Notes: a model not told the origin generated them from the sequence alone. A DNA stretch of 63,817 bases, filler included, from Lenisia limosa (GCA_001655205.1; 10 parts of 10 records of this genome joined end to end with filler, not necessarily neighbours in it), one strand, 5' to 3'. Shown: positions 49,790-62,524, counted from the first letter of the whole stretch. Numbers and translations are program-made.

Positions 49790-51603
49790 TGTCTTGTCAG
49801 GGTTATTGCTTGGTGATTGATGATAGAGCTGATCAAAGAATGAGGTTCGAGGTTCAGGTTTTATGCCAAAATGCCAAATTATTCAATTTAAATAGCAGCT
49901 GAATCCAACTTGGAAACTCCAAAAGGTGGAAACTTGGGAATCCAAATAACTTGAGCGGACCTACATCCCTTGATGCGTTACCCCACTAATATATATCATA
50001 AATACCTCCAATCAACCAACGCCTTTGCGCCTTTCCCCCTCTTTTTCCAGCCCTTTAATATTAATAGTAGCTAAAGAAGATAAAGTATTAGTAGGTATTG
50101 GCCGGAAAGACTTCGTGCGTGTGTCATTTTTTTTCGAAGATCAAGTAGGTTCATGGAAACATACATACGAATAAAAGAAACACGCAACTAGTGGAAATGG
50201 ATGTAATAATGCTTATGTAAAATGAAATACCAATAATACGTCTGCAGCAATCCATTCCATTATTGCAACATTTTGTTTCCTTATCCTTATGCTTAATCTC
50301 TCTCTCCCTCTCTCTTTTAAAAAATATGTATTGAATCAAGACAAGGCAAACGACACACATTTAGGACTATATTTCAAGCGAGGCGTGGACCAATATTATA
50401 ATCGGGATAAGTCTGGACCGATTTTCCATGGGAAATCATGGAACAAATCGGTCAAGACTTATCTTGACCACTTTACATGTATCAAATCAGATATCTTATT
50501 ACCGTGATGATGTAGACGGATTTGATTAGATCTTGTCTTTACTTCTCATTTCCACCCATTATGTGTTGACCAAAAGATGTGCCAACAGAGTTGATTTGTT
50601 TTGTTTCAGAAAATGTCCATATTTACTTCTCAGGACCTGTGCTATCGAGACAAGGCGGTTATCAAAGACGTTTGGGGTAATAAACCCCCAAGCCGGTTGA
50701 TGTGATGGATGCTGCGGACCCCAAGTTTCAGTGTATAAAATACTCAGTGGGGGGGTATAAATATTGCGTATAATTGTTTGATGAGGGGGGGTAATACTCT
50801 GTAACTTGGTTGATACTGCTGAAGCAGCTGGCCTGGGCTTTGNNNNNNNNNNNNNNNNNNNNNNNNNNNNNNNNNNNNNNNNNNNNTTAATTAATTAANN
50901 NNNNNNNNNNNNNNNNNNNNNNNNNNNNNNNNNNNNNNNNNNAAAATTTTTTCAAAAGTCATTTTTCCTGGTTTACCCCCACCATGCGTTGAAAACCTGG
51001 CAAGGTTACCTCAGGAAAAAAATTGGGCCAGGTCGAGCTAGCCTGTAGCTAGTAGAAAAATGACACCCTGCGTCCTAGGGACGAAACTTCCAAAATTCAT
51101 GCTTTTCCTCACAAGGTCGTTCTTGGCCCCCCCTTCCGGTCGAAAAAAATGGGAACACCCTCTTGAAACTCATACTAGACCTCTCTAGCTCCAGTAACTT
51201 CGGTACTGCGACCTTTTGTTTTCAGTCCTAGGCAGGGAAAACCTAGGACCTTTCTAGGGGCCCTATTTGAGGGGCAAAATACTTAGCCTTTCATATAACA
51301 ATTTTGTATGACTCAACCATTACTGACGTATCCAGTTCTCCGTGCTAGTTTGTTTGTGTGGTTGCATCTTTGCCAACAATGGTTTGTACCTTTGCTGGGT
51401 TGCTCACCCTACTATAGAACGTCAATCTCAAGAGAGGTGGACATTACCCTCGTGCCCTTACTGAGAAGGTATGCAGCGGAATTGGGACACTCTGGTTAAG
51501 CCTCTAGCATTTGCGTGTACTTCGCCTTACCGTTTAGACCTCATCCTACTTCCACGTTTACCTTCGCCAGTTTAGCGAAGGTGTTAGGGTACCCTATGCC
51601 TTT

Positions 51604-52197
51604 TTGGGCGAAGACGGATGGAGCCTTCAATCCTCGGCTACCACCACATACTGGGTTCGTAGGGGGCAAAGAGTACTGCCGTTGCCACGTTTCAAGGAGT
51701 TTGGCGTCTTCGCCTCCAACGTTGCCGTTCCATACCTGACACCAAGGACCAGCACAGAAGGTCTGGAGGAGGCCACCCTGAGAAGCATTTTGGCGTCTCA
51801 AGACCGGGTGTACACTGTGGAAGAGCCTCGGCTATACGCGAAACTACATCCAGTCCGAGGCGTTTGCCTCTTTGCTGCCGAGCGGATACCCAAGAAAACA
51901 AAGATTGCCAAGTACTTCGGCGTCCTTGTGGACAGATCAGAACTACCCGAGGAACGCACTGACGACCAGGACATCAGGCTCTTCAAGAAATACAAAAGCC
52001 TCACCCTCCACGTCACTCGCAGGTTTTCGGCAGCCAGCCTTGCCAATCAGCGTTGTGTTGGGTTCAACGCAACAATGCACGAGTCGAAGGATTGTGTTTC
52101 GTTAGTGTCTTTGGTGGACATTAAAGCCAACCAAGAAATCACCACCCATTACAGCCTAGACTATGACCCCTGTCTCTGTGCGCATTGTGTCCCTTAG
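51604..52197 (+). CDS. Intronless SET-domain protein with post-SET-like cysteines
   Basis: RGVCLFAAERIPKKTKIAKYFG (motif I), ASLANQRCVGFNA (NHxCxPN-like), DIKANQEITTHY (ELxFDY-like), terminal CLCAHC. True start uncertain. Confidence 0.8.
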   Translation: MGEDGWSLQSSATTTYWVRRGQRVLPLPRFKEFGVFASNVAVPYLTPRTSTEGLEEATLRSILASQDRVYTVEEPRLYAKLHPVRGVCLFAAERIPKKTKIAKYFGVLVDRSELPEERTDDQDIRLFKKYKSLTLHVTRRFSAASLANQRCVGFNATMHESKDCVSLVSLVDIKANQEITTHYSLDYDPCLCAHCVP

Positions 52198-52464
52198 CTT
52201 GTTTTGTTCTAGGTAATTTGTTTCTTGGTATACATCCATGTTTTCTCCTTTTCGCTGCTTGTGTCTAGGTTTACTAATTATTATCCCTACACTTATCACC
52301 GGTAGCACTCCAATATTACCAGCAACACTCCCTTATAACTAGCAACCAACCTTGATATAGCGTTCTACAGACTTTGAGGTAAAAACCAGTATGAGAAAAT
52401 AAGAATTAAATACTTCTAAAAAAAAAACCCGCAACCTAAGGGACAAAAAAAAAACACCACCTTC

Positions 52465-52815
52465 CTACTTCTTCACCTTCTTTACTTTCTTCTTTTCCTT
52501 CTTGTCCTTCTTCTTTTCCTTCTTCTTTTCCTCCTTTCTTCTGTGCTTCTTTTCTTCCTTCGACTCCTGAGGTTTCTTCTCATCGTCCTTCGTTTCTTCC
52601 TTTTTCTTCGACCTGCCGTTGATGGCCTTTGCCAGGCGAACACTGGCCATGGACTCTGGAATTTTTTTAAAGTAATCGTTTGCACCTTCATTGCAAGCTT
52701 TGGTTGCAATTTCCATCGCTGTTGCAAGTGCCGCCTGCTCATCTTCATTGGCCACCTCTTCGAGATACCGTTCTAACAAAGAGCCGCAGTACGGCACACG
52801 CCGTGTTAAACCTGT
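52465..52815 (-). CDS. Small Lys/Glu-rich protein convergent on the SET ORF
   Basis: Open frame with helical N-part and a KKKEKKKDKKEKKK tail. An AG acceptor at ~52815 suggests an upstream exon. Confidence 0.45.
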   Translation of the reverse strand, partial: TGLTRRVPYCGSLLERYLEEVANEDEQAALATAMEIATKACNEGANDYFKKIPESMASVRLAKAINGRSKKKEETKDDEKKPQESKEEKKHRRKEEKKKEKKKDKKEKKKVKKVKK

Positions 52816-53187
52816 AACGTAAACGCGTTTTAAACAACTGCAATAACTAACCGAGAACCATGTGTTGCAGAGACGTTTGGGCCTCTGCCCCTGAGGTCAA
52901 CACAAACGGTATTAACGCTACCAACATCCAAATAACTTTCCCAAACTCGTTAGTGAAGTCTCTCATTTTACTCAAGTAACTTTTTGGGGTTTATAAAAGG
53001 AAAAATAGAATTCCGTTTTTTTTTTAAATACCACCCACCGGAAAAAACTCTATGCCTAACTATTATTTTAATATTTTCCCTCAGCCTTGGGTCGCACCGT
53101 GTTACCTGGCGTTTAACTGAGCAACCCAAGGCCCATTCCCTTTTCATTCCGCTGTTTTACGGCAAAACAACTAAAACGAGCACCAAG

Positions 53188-53400
53188 GTTGGCTATTTTT
53201 CAACTGCATCTGTTCCTCGTGGTTGCGCTTAGTCTCACTATTTAGACTTTAACTGGATAATTTATCATTTCTCAACCTATTACCACGAGAAACCCTCTTA
53301 AACTAACAAAGGTTGGCCTTTCTACAACTGCATCTGCTCTTCGTGGTTGCTTACCTTCTAAAATTCGCTCAGTGTCACCTTTTAGACTTGAACTGGATGT
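53188..53400 (+). repeat. Imperfect direct repeat pair in non-coding element-like DNA
   Basis: ggttggc...caactgcatctg.t..tcgtggttgc...tttagactt.aactggat occurs at ~53188-53260 and ~53311-53399. Confidence 0.75.
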
Positions 53401-54219
53401 TATAAATCGTGAAAACAACCGCTATGAGACGGTTTGCTGTTTTACTTTTTCTCCCCCGTTTTTTCCCTCCCTTTATCCATAGGTAGTGTAGTTATAGGTG
53501 CTTTTTTTTTAATTGGAGGTTGGATTTTTGTTTAACGGACGTTTTTTACTCTTCTACAACCTATCTAAACTACTTTGACGACGATGAAACAGAAGTTACC
53601 TTGCTTTTCACGGGGCACTGTTAGAGTTTACTCAAAAATTGCACTTTTTTTCCGCCTTTTTGGCGGTGTGAAGTCGATAGGACCTTCGTTTTACGACTAT
53701 TTCTGACAAGAGTTACGCTATAAAAAAATTTTGTCTCGCTGAACATTTCGCAATTTTTGTCAACTACCAGGGGTTATTTTTTTTTAATTACAAAAAACAG
53801 AAAACTCGACTACAGTACTTGAATTTGATAGTACCTCTTAGTTGTAGAAAAAATACTTGGCCAAATTTCGCCCGATTTTCCTTGAGTCGTTCGCTTCTGA
53901 CTTTCAGGTTCGACAAGTTTCTTTCCGCCCAAGTCGTGTAAATCACCTAAATATTCCCAGGAATTCCTTAGGAACCTTCCCTCCACTAGACTACCCGTTG
54001 ACCCTGGATACGCTATGACTCCGCCCCCANNNNNNNNNNNNNNNNNNNNNNNNNNNNNNNNNNNNNNNNNNNNTTAATTAATTAANNNNNNNNNNNNNNN
54101 NNNNNNNNNNNNNNNNNNNNNNNNNNNNNTCCATTTCTGTCGTGGTTGTAGTTATGTGTGGTTGTTATCATATTTTCTTTGGGGGGATTCTGCCCGTTGC
54201 CTTTTGGGATTTGGTCTTA

Positions 54220-55597
54220 TATTGTACAGAGCACTGCAAGTGAAGATGACTGCCAAAACTTTCTGTTTCAATGTTTTTGAATTTAATCTATTAGGATCAT
54301 TCTGTGAGAGTCATGACACCACCCTGGTTAAGAACTTGATGGGTGAAATGACGTTTGACATCAGCGATCTCTCCGCCATGGACCCCGCTGGCCTTCACAT
54401 TAAAGTACGTCGCGAGCTATGCTCTTATATTTGGTGTTTCCAAGATGTGGCTCTCGTCCTCTGACCGATTAGACCCGTAGCAATGACGTTATTACACATT
54501 GGGATGTTTTTCCCCTGACCGCACAACATCTGATTGATGGAGTTGTAACCATTCCCGTCATGGGAGCGCGCAGCACTCTTTATAAGGTATGTCGTCAATG
54601 AATTGGATCTGATGATCAGGTTTGTAAAGGAGTCACCTGTTGCCAACCTATGACAACCCCGTGGAAGACTTTCAAAGCCAAAGTTATGGAGTCGACTGGT
54701 AGTGGATCTTTTGGAGTTTACCCAATCAAAATACCTGTTCAGGCTACTTACGAGGTATGTCAATGGTGACCCAGAGCTTTTTTCGCGTATTTCTATCATA
54801 ATTTTCATTCTCTATTACTTATTAGGTGTGGATGCAAAAAGGTATCGATGATCGAACCGGTATCATTGGTAGTGGAAGAGAGTTAGCTCACTTCCCTTTG
54901 GTTGCATGCATGGTGGGTGGTAATTCAGCGTTTGTCCGTTCTAATTCCTTAGAACAGCGCAACCTCTGTTCGCGTGTATGACCACACAAATGCATTACAT
55001 CAATACATACCCACTGGAGGTACTGTACTCTATTTTTCTCACCTATTATATAGAATTCCACTCTAGAAGCAAATTCAACCAGTTTGTTTTTGTTCAATCC
55101 AGTGCTGGTTTGATTCACTATCTTAATGGAGTTCGGCAATACGTTAGCGGAGGTGCAACTTTCAGTGGAAACGATATTGGAGTAAGTGGAATAGCAAAGA
55201 GTTTTGAAATGTTTTGCTCACCCTGTAGACCTTTTTTGCTCCTGGTGGCAGGGCAAATGGTTTGTGGCCGTCGTCCACGTCGTCTTACTATACCGCATCT
55301 GAGAGAACTCAGCACCTCCTTGTAAGCACCCACACCCCGTCTCTTTTTTTATTCTTCTTATTTGCTTGGTAGGCCCGAATGTACAATACCACCAAGACAG
55401 ACGCCGAAGTGATGCAGAGTTTTATTGAAGGTCCTGGGACTGATGGTTTGTTGGTACATTGATAATCAGTTTAGACTCGTCCTACATTGAGTGTTTGTTC
55501 TTCAATGGATTGGACTGCCACATTAAACCTGAAGGCTCAGCTGTTGGGTATTCAAACGTTATTCTTAAGGAAGTGCCTATCAATCTCATGGACTAGC
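54220..55597 (+). CDS. Hypothetical multi-exon gene (fragment) including micro-exons
   Basis: AG/GT-bounded exons GCTACTTACGAG (12 nt), GTGTGGATGCAAAAAG, AGLIHYLNGVRQYVSGGATFSGNDIG, TFFAPGGRANGLWP, ending EVPINLMD*. Confidence 0.45.
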
Positions 55598-56769
55598 AGC
55601 TCAACTATGTATTATATTGTATATCATATCATATATTAATTATATATATTTATTATTATTCCATTCGGATGATGTCAGTGGTTTCCGACTTGTGGAGCCC
55701 ATGTACCCATGTAAAAAAATATGTACCATGCTGTGTACACCTGTACCGAACGCTTGTACCAAAGTACCAGGCCGTACCCTCCTTAGCAGTTGAATAAAAT
55801 CATGTGGCAGTTAGTAGACAGGCGGCCAACATTTGCTGTAGATAAGTTATATAATTTCTACCCAAAGGATCTTCTCTTCCTAACACACCGCCATAAAGGC
55901 TGCCGTCTTGCGCTGCCGCAACCGCAATCGCGTTTTTTTTACAATTTTTTTTCAAAACAATCATGAAAAAATGAGAAGAAATAACTAGAGGTACACTACA
56001 CCCACCATTCACCACACACACACTCTCCTCAAGTGTATTATAGTGTTTTGAAAGTGATTCTTGAGTTGTTCTTGAAAAATTGATAGATCTCACACCCAAT
56101 ATGGTCGGACCGTCACTCTTCTTCAGATTTACAAACACTGCTTTCTCTCTTCTTTCTGCGAGCGTCTCAGCTAAGGTTGGTGGGGGGATGGGGTTTTGGT
56201 CGTTATTGCTCTGTACGAATCTCAACACTCGAAGGTAAGGGTATTAGGGACCACATACAAATATACATATATCATATATGATATACATATGATATAAATA
56301 TGTACATTTAGTAAAAGATTTTTTTTCTGATATGATATGTCTCACTTATTCTGATTCTCAGTTCCGATTTGGTGTTATTGACTTCCGAACACGCATTGAA
56401 GAAAACGGCCATGGTCGACAGTGGCCTTCTTATGACTGTGACCCCATCCAAGAGGTTGGAGGCTTGCCAGAATGTTCAACTTCTTACATCTCCCAAGCTA
56501 GAGATAGAGCAAGGAGGAGGTATTTACATCTCCCAAGCTAGAGATAGAGCAAAGAGGAGGGATATTTAACGTGTTGTATTGGGCGACTTTATCATCAAGC
56601 TTGATCAATACCTGGGACGACTTGATGGACACTTTCCAACAACAGTTGTGAGGCGGCCGCAACCAAAATGGTATGGGAGAGATAGTGCCATAACAGTGTC
56701 GGAATAAAGTGTTTCATATTTAATTTTATCCCCAAGCATGTTTTTCGGAACCACCTGTCCTCGAGTGAT

Positions 56770-59356
56770 TCTTAAATTCCTATCGTCACAAAGGCACAAC
56801 AATGTACTCGTCAAAATCGATAGCTACCTCATTGGAGGTGATTCAACCAATGTTCACTCTTGGGATTCATTGCAGAGTCTTGCAACTGAAAAGGTAATAT
56901 TTAAATGACAGTATTTGACGCTCCAAAGATTCACACCAATTCTGCCAAGGAGATTCGTTCACTTTGTATCACTAACGGTAAGGTTATTTCTTTCACCAAC
57001 TTTCTGTAGGTGGTATTTTCATAAAAGCTGGTCAACATGTTGCATCATTGAATCATATTCTTCCTCCAACTTATTCAACGATTCTAAGTGACCTCCAAGA
57101 CGCTGTATGTTGGGACTTTTCACACAATAACCTTTCAAATATCAGGTTCCACCCCATCCTCTTCGTGTTATTCGGAAAATGGTCAAAGCGGAGCTCGGAT
57201 TAAAATTTAACCGGTATTTTAATCCTCCTGTAACCTCCCAGGATTATTCGATTTGACCCTCGACCTCTGGGAGCTGCTTCAATAGCTCAAGTAATGTCCA
57301 CTTCTTCGTTCTTATAATATAGGTTCACCAGGCCCAATTAGATGATAATCAAATTGTTGCCATTAAAGTGGGCAAGACCTTTGGTTCCTTTCGAGTCATT
57401 TTTTCACCGTTTATGTTAAACCACTCAGGTTCAATACCCTGAAGTTGCCAAAAACCTACCCAAAGATATTTCAACAATTCAAATCGCATTAAATACCCTT
57501 GGGCTGGTAGGAATATTTTTCTTTTCTTTTCTGGTTTTGTTTTTTTAAAAAAACCTCAATGTTGTTCACGGTTTAGTTTTTCCCTGCGCTCAACCTTTCA
57601 TGGGTTTTGGAAGAGTTCAAAGGAAACCTCATGAAAGAGCTCGATTTTGAAGTTGAAGTATGATATAACCTTATGCTGGGGGAAGCTGTTCACAAATGAT
57701 TGGGTGAATTAGTATTAGTATACTATAATACAATATCTCTTCAACTTGATGGTGTGGACGGCTTTGGCCAGACACAACCTTTTTATTTCTCATTGCTATA
57801 TACTGTGATATAACCTTGTTTTATTTCTCGTCTCGACACAGATATGATTCTTGTTATTTTGAAAGATGAAACACTTACGCATTAAGGCATACAATTCACG
57901 ACAATGCGAAGTAGCCTTCAAAGATAATCCGAATGTTATTGTTCCCAAAGTTATTAGCGTTTGAGGTTACTCCGTGTACAGATCGCTATTTTCTTTTTGA
58001 GTGGCCTTTTGGGACCAGATTGAATACAAACCTTCCTAGGAAATGTGACTGTTTACGTTGACAGGAATTGTCCACAAAAAAAGTTCTGACGATGGAGTAT
58101 ATTGACGGAATCAAAGTTTGAAGGGATTGTATTTTTTTTGTAACTTCTTACCTCTATTACCAACCAACCTCTTCTTCCAGATTGACGACACTGCCAAATT
58201 AGAGGAAGAGGGATTCGATAAAAATAAGGTATTTGAGTTATTTTCTGTGTTTTCTACTTATAATTCATTTATAAATATTTGCGAGAGTAAATTTTTTTGA
58301 TAACATCTTTTTTTTGGGTAGTATTTTTGAGTAGAAGTGTAACACTGATGTCTTCCCATAACTCAGTAGGTAGCCGCCTTATTTTGTGGAGCATTTGCTG
58401 AAATGGTGTTTAGCCACCCCTTCATCCATTGTGATCCACATCCGGTAGGCTGGACTTTTCTTTGTTGTTAATCTATTAGGGTAATGTTCTCTGCGTTCGC
58501 CATTCACCTTCTGAAGACCCTTCTATTGCTATTTTGGATCATGGTCTGTACCAGAAGATATCTCCAAAGTCACAAAAGCTGCTCAGAGATCTATGGATCG
58601 GTTTGAGTATGATTACTCATCACGACAATGTAGCTACAGTTCAAGCAGACGTGACAACCCTCCGTTCCATTTCTCACGATTTGGGAGTAACTGGCTCGGA
58701 AGCTCTTTTGTCAATGGCTGTACTCATGACACCGAATCTCGACTCGTAGGACATGACACAGCCAGATTTTACAGCTTTTTAGTTCATTTTTATCTTCGAG
58801 TTCTCCTGTCCTCACAAAAGAAGATTACCTTGACGTCACTGCCAAAATCCCTTTCAACATATTGGCCAACCATGTGCATGCTCTCTTACAGCGCCTACCG
58901 CGGGATGTTATCCTTGTTTTCAGGACAAAGTGTGTTCTGCCCACAGTATAACACTTTATAGTAACCTGGTGCGTTCTTGTCTTCAGAATATCAAGGCAAA
59001 TATCAATCGGTGAGATGATATCCGTAGCGAAGACTTATTATTATTTGAAATTACTCTGAAAAAAAATGTCTTTTCAATGTCTAGGTTCTCAATTTATGCA
59101 ACTACGGCCCAAAAACATAACAACCCAAGTGAGAGAGTATTATTGTTAACTTTACAATGTAGCGTTGTGGTCACGATTTGTTTTCCCAGTTCAATTGTCA
59201 ATTTGGCAATACTTTATTAATCTCGTGAACTTCAACTGGTGCGTGAGAAGTCAATCTTACAACCTTTTAGGATATGACTTTGTAACCACGTATTATGACA
59301 AAGACATGATTATTTATGTTATTTCTACCCTCATCAAATTTTTAGTTTTGTTTTAA
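56770..59356 (+). CDS. ABC1/aarF atypical kinase, ADCK1-like
   Basis: Exons read NGGIFIKAGQHVASLNHILP, PLGAASIAQVHQA, VAIKV, ELDFEVE, VLTMEYIDG, FIHCDPHPGNV, ILDHGLY. Start uncertain. Confidence 0.92.
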
Positions 59357-59837
59357 TATGTAATTCTTCTTTCTGTTACAATTTACAATTCAATTTTCAA
59401 TTGTACTAATCTGAATGGTATGATGTTATGTTTTGATGTTTTGCTCAAGGTTTGCAGTGGGTTTGCAAGTCTGTAGGTCTGAAGTGTAGTAAGTCTGTGG
59501 CTCTGATAGTGTCTGGGTGGTTGCTGGGTGGTGGTATAGCTTGGGTGTACTCTGTTGCTAGACTTCTGGTCATAGGCGTTACCCCAGAACTGTTTTATTC
59601 ATATTTTTTTTCTCCTTTGCTTTTTTCCCTGGACGCCGGCGGGTATATTCTCGGAAAATTAGTCCCTATCTTATTTCATGAGACCCGGGGTGCCCCGGGA
59701 ATTGCTTTTGCACTTTTGCATGCTTTTGTTTGGCTTTTGTGTTGTTGAGGAGTGGGTTGGAAGCTATTAATAAATAATAAGAAGTCAAGAAGAGATTTAA
59801 GGAGAAACAAAAGAGTTTTTTTTGTGTGAACGGCTCT

Positions 59838-60203
59838 ATGCCTCCTCCACCACCACCACCGCCCCCTGGAGGTATGTATTTGATTTTCAAAGTGCTTTTG
59901 GTTATTTTAGAACAGGTTAATTCTTTTAGGACCTCCTCCTCCCCCTGGAGGTAAGCTATTACTCCGCGTGGCTTATACAGAGAGGAAGTTTTAAGATTAA
60001 ACTCAAAATTAGTACCAGTTCTTCTTAACCAGATTTCTCTTTTTTTATTGTCTTTAGGTGCCCCTCCCCCCCCTCCTCCCCCTGGCGGTATGTGGAAATG
60101 ATGCATTAATACAATACTGCTGGCTTTTTCTTGAGGGTTTCGATTCCTGCTTTTTCTCTGACAAGATCTAACTTTTTAGGAGCCCCACCCCCACCTCCCG
60201 GCG
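59838..60203 (+). CDS. Polyproline repeat exons (formin FH1- or WASP-like), fragment
   Basis: Four short exons MPPPPPPPPG|GPPPPPG|GAPPPPPPPG|GAPPPPPG joined by phase-1 GT-AG introns; contig ends at a linker. Confidence 0.65.
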
Positions 60204-60439
60204 GTAAGTTGAGCCTGTCCTCTTTGCTAATTTTGCTTGATTGTTGGGTATGAAAAGAATCTGATCAGGTTTAGNNNNNNNNNNNNNNNNNNNNNNNNNN
60301 NNNNNNNNNNNNNNNNNNTTAATTAATTAANNNNNNNNNNNNNNNNNNNNNNNNNNNNNNNNNNNNNNNNNNNNTCCAGCCAGGAGTAGCTGAAACGTCA
60401 GCCACAGATAATGTAGTTGAAACTCAGAATATTTCCACT

Positions 60440-62260
60440 TTTAGTCCTCCCCCCCCCCTAACTCAAACTCCTGGCCCGGGGAAGTGGTGTCGATAGTGGC
60501 TGTCACACNNNNNNNNNNNNNNNNNNNNNNNNNNNNNNNNNNNNNNNNNNNNNNNNNNNNNNNNNNNNNNNNNNNNNNNNNNNNNNNNNNNNNNNNNNNN
60601 NNNNNNNNNNNNNNNNNNNNNNNTAGGTTTTTTAGTTTCATTTATGATGCTGAGAGGAATTAAGGTTTATTCTTATCTCGGGTGTTTTTGATAGAGTGAA
60701 CGTGGTCGGTCCATCAATTAAATATCGAGTACTTTTTGATACACCTATCACCTGAAATGGGGTTGAGCAACGGTTTATAAGTTAATACTCTATTTATCAT
60801 AATCAACCGCAATACACTTGACTGCTACTGATATTTCCGTACACCTTAGGAACCTTGGTGATACTGAGGTCGACATCAAGCTCCTAACGAGTGCGATCCA
60901 GATCACTTGATCGTCTCTTTTCCAAGCTCAAGGCATGGCGAAGTGTGCTGACTTCTTCCTCCATTTCCTGGGGGGGTATATTGAGCAGAGAATTACAAAA
61001 GCTAACAAAATGTTGATGATACTGTTTCCAGGGATATCCTGTCATTTTTGAATTTCAGAGAAATAAGCTTGAAATTGTTTTTGTTGTTGTTTATTTTGTT
61101 GTTAACAGTAGATAATAAGTAATTTAGCAAATTAACCCGTAAGGCTCAATAAAAGAATGTCTCAATGTACTTAAATTAACGTCTCTTTTTCTTTTGGGTT
61201 TCTTTTTCTCCTTTTGGTTGTCTACAAGCTTGGTAATGATGTTGGTGGTAGGAACAAGGATACCTCCTTGGTTGCCGCTACGGGGTCTCTTGCGGTCAGC
61301 CTTGAGCTTCTCAGCATTGGTAATAATCTTGGAAATGAAATAGCTAAGCACAACGTACCTGTCCAGGGTGTAAAACAGCAACTTCTTCACCCTTTTCCAA
61401 AACAAAACCTCACAGGCTTGAGAACCAAATCGGAAGCAGGGCCCATAGCTGAAGTATTTGACAGCAAAGCGTCAGTAACACATCAGAAACTCTTCTTATA
61501 AGGCTCTAAAGTTAACTAGCCAAGAAGATACCGGGATATCAAAGGTATCTTACTATTAATGTTGGTTCACCCAGTTGAACCATTGCAAGTCCGGCGGCAG
61601 GTAAAATGAGGTGGCTTCATCAACATTGTCAACACACAACCATTGGATGGCACCATTAATTTCGCCTGGCTTCCAATTGCTTGGTCAGGTGCAAGATCAT
61701 TGCAAGATTCCAAAAACAGACCTTCCAAATTCAACAGATTCAGACATTTATGGTTTATCTGGGTTTTCCAGGAACAGGTAAGTATAAATTTGGAGCTGCA
61801 ACAGGAGCATTGATACTTGAGAAGCTGTACAAATTTTGCACACTCCAACCATCTTTCAAAAGAGGGTGCTTTAGATTGTAAAACTATTATGAATTGACTT
61901 GCACCACATCTAAGAAAATCAGACACAAAAAAATACTAACAATTAAATGAACAAAATAAAAATAAAAAAACACGGTGATACTACATATTTTGTTTCCAAA
62001 TAACCTATTATTCATCCGAAATATGACATTTTCCTTTTTCGGCTAAATTATTCTGTCAAAACCTGCAAAAATGAGACAGTTGAATTAAAAAATCTGAGTC
62101 TATTGTTATTCATAACATATAATTAGACAGAGTACAATTGGAAACAAACAGATTGAGACCTTATAGAACAAATATGTTGAAGAGAACCGTTAATGTTCCA
62201 AACAGCCACTTCATATACCCTCAAACTTTTACTTATCGCGTTTCAGCGGACCAAATATGC
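60440..62260 (-). pseudogene. Decayed multi-exon sequence with in-frame stops
   Basis: Exon-like segments each interrupted by a stop (SSDLDRTR*ELDVDL, KYSIFN*WTDHV, AYKKSF*CVTDAL). Identity unknown. Confidence 0.3.
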
Positions 62261-62524
62261 CAACTTTGTAACATATATTCGAGGGCCTAGATGTCATTTG
62301 TTATTCAAAAAAAGGTGGCAAACAATTAGTTTGGATGCCTTCTTCTTGATTCTGTTAAAAAAATGTAATAAAATAATCAACTTTGGGTAACTTAAAAAGA
62401 GGGGTCAAAAAAACGACCCAAACTTTGTCAAGACTAACGCTGCTGAATACGTGTCACTTTTGTAAAACTAGCATCCCCAAATGTAATAACCGTCCAAAAT
62501 ATCATAAGTCACATATTAATACAT

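Noticed and set aside
55800-56228. 142-aa intronless ORF as a DDE transposase
   Set aside because: No convincing catalytic motif could be aligned. The nearby gtac-rich repeats (55700-55780) are suggestive only.
22867-60374. Nine copies of TTAATTAATTAA centred in 100-bp N blocks (22911, 26393, 37137, 39562, 41476, 49058, 50887, 54074, 60319)
   Set aside because: This is a six-frame-stop scaffolding linker added during assembly, not a biological repeat or CRISPR. Gene neighbourhoods across these joins are untrustworthy.
60880-60900. In-frame TAG/TGA in exon-like DNA as stop-codon reassignment
   Set aside because: Conserved genes terminate at TAA (Pam16, nucleolin-like) and probably TAG (LETM1). 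Internal stops are confined to decayed sequences.
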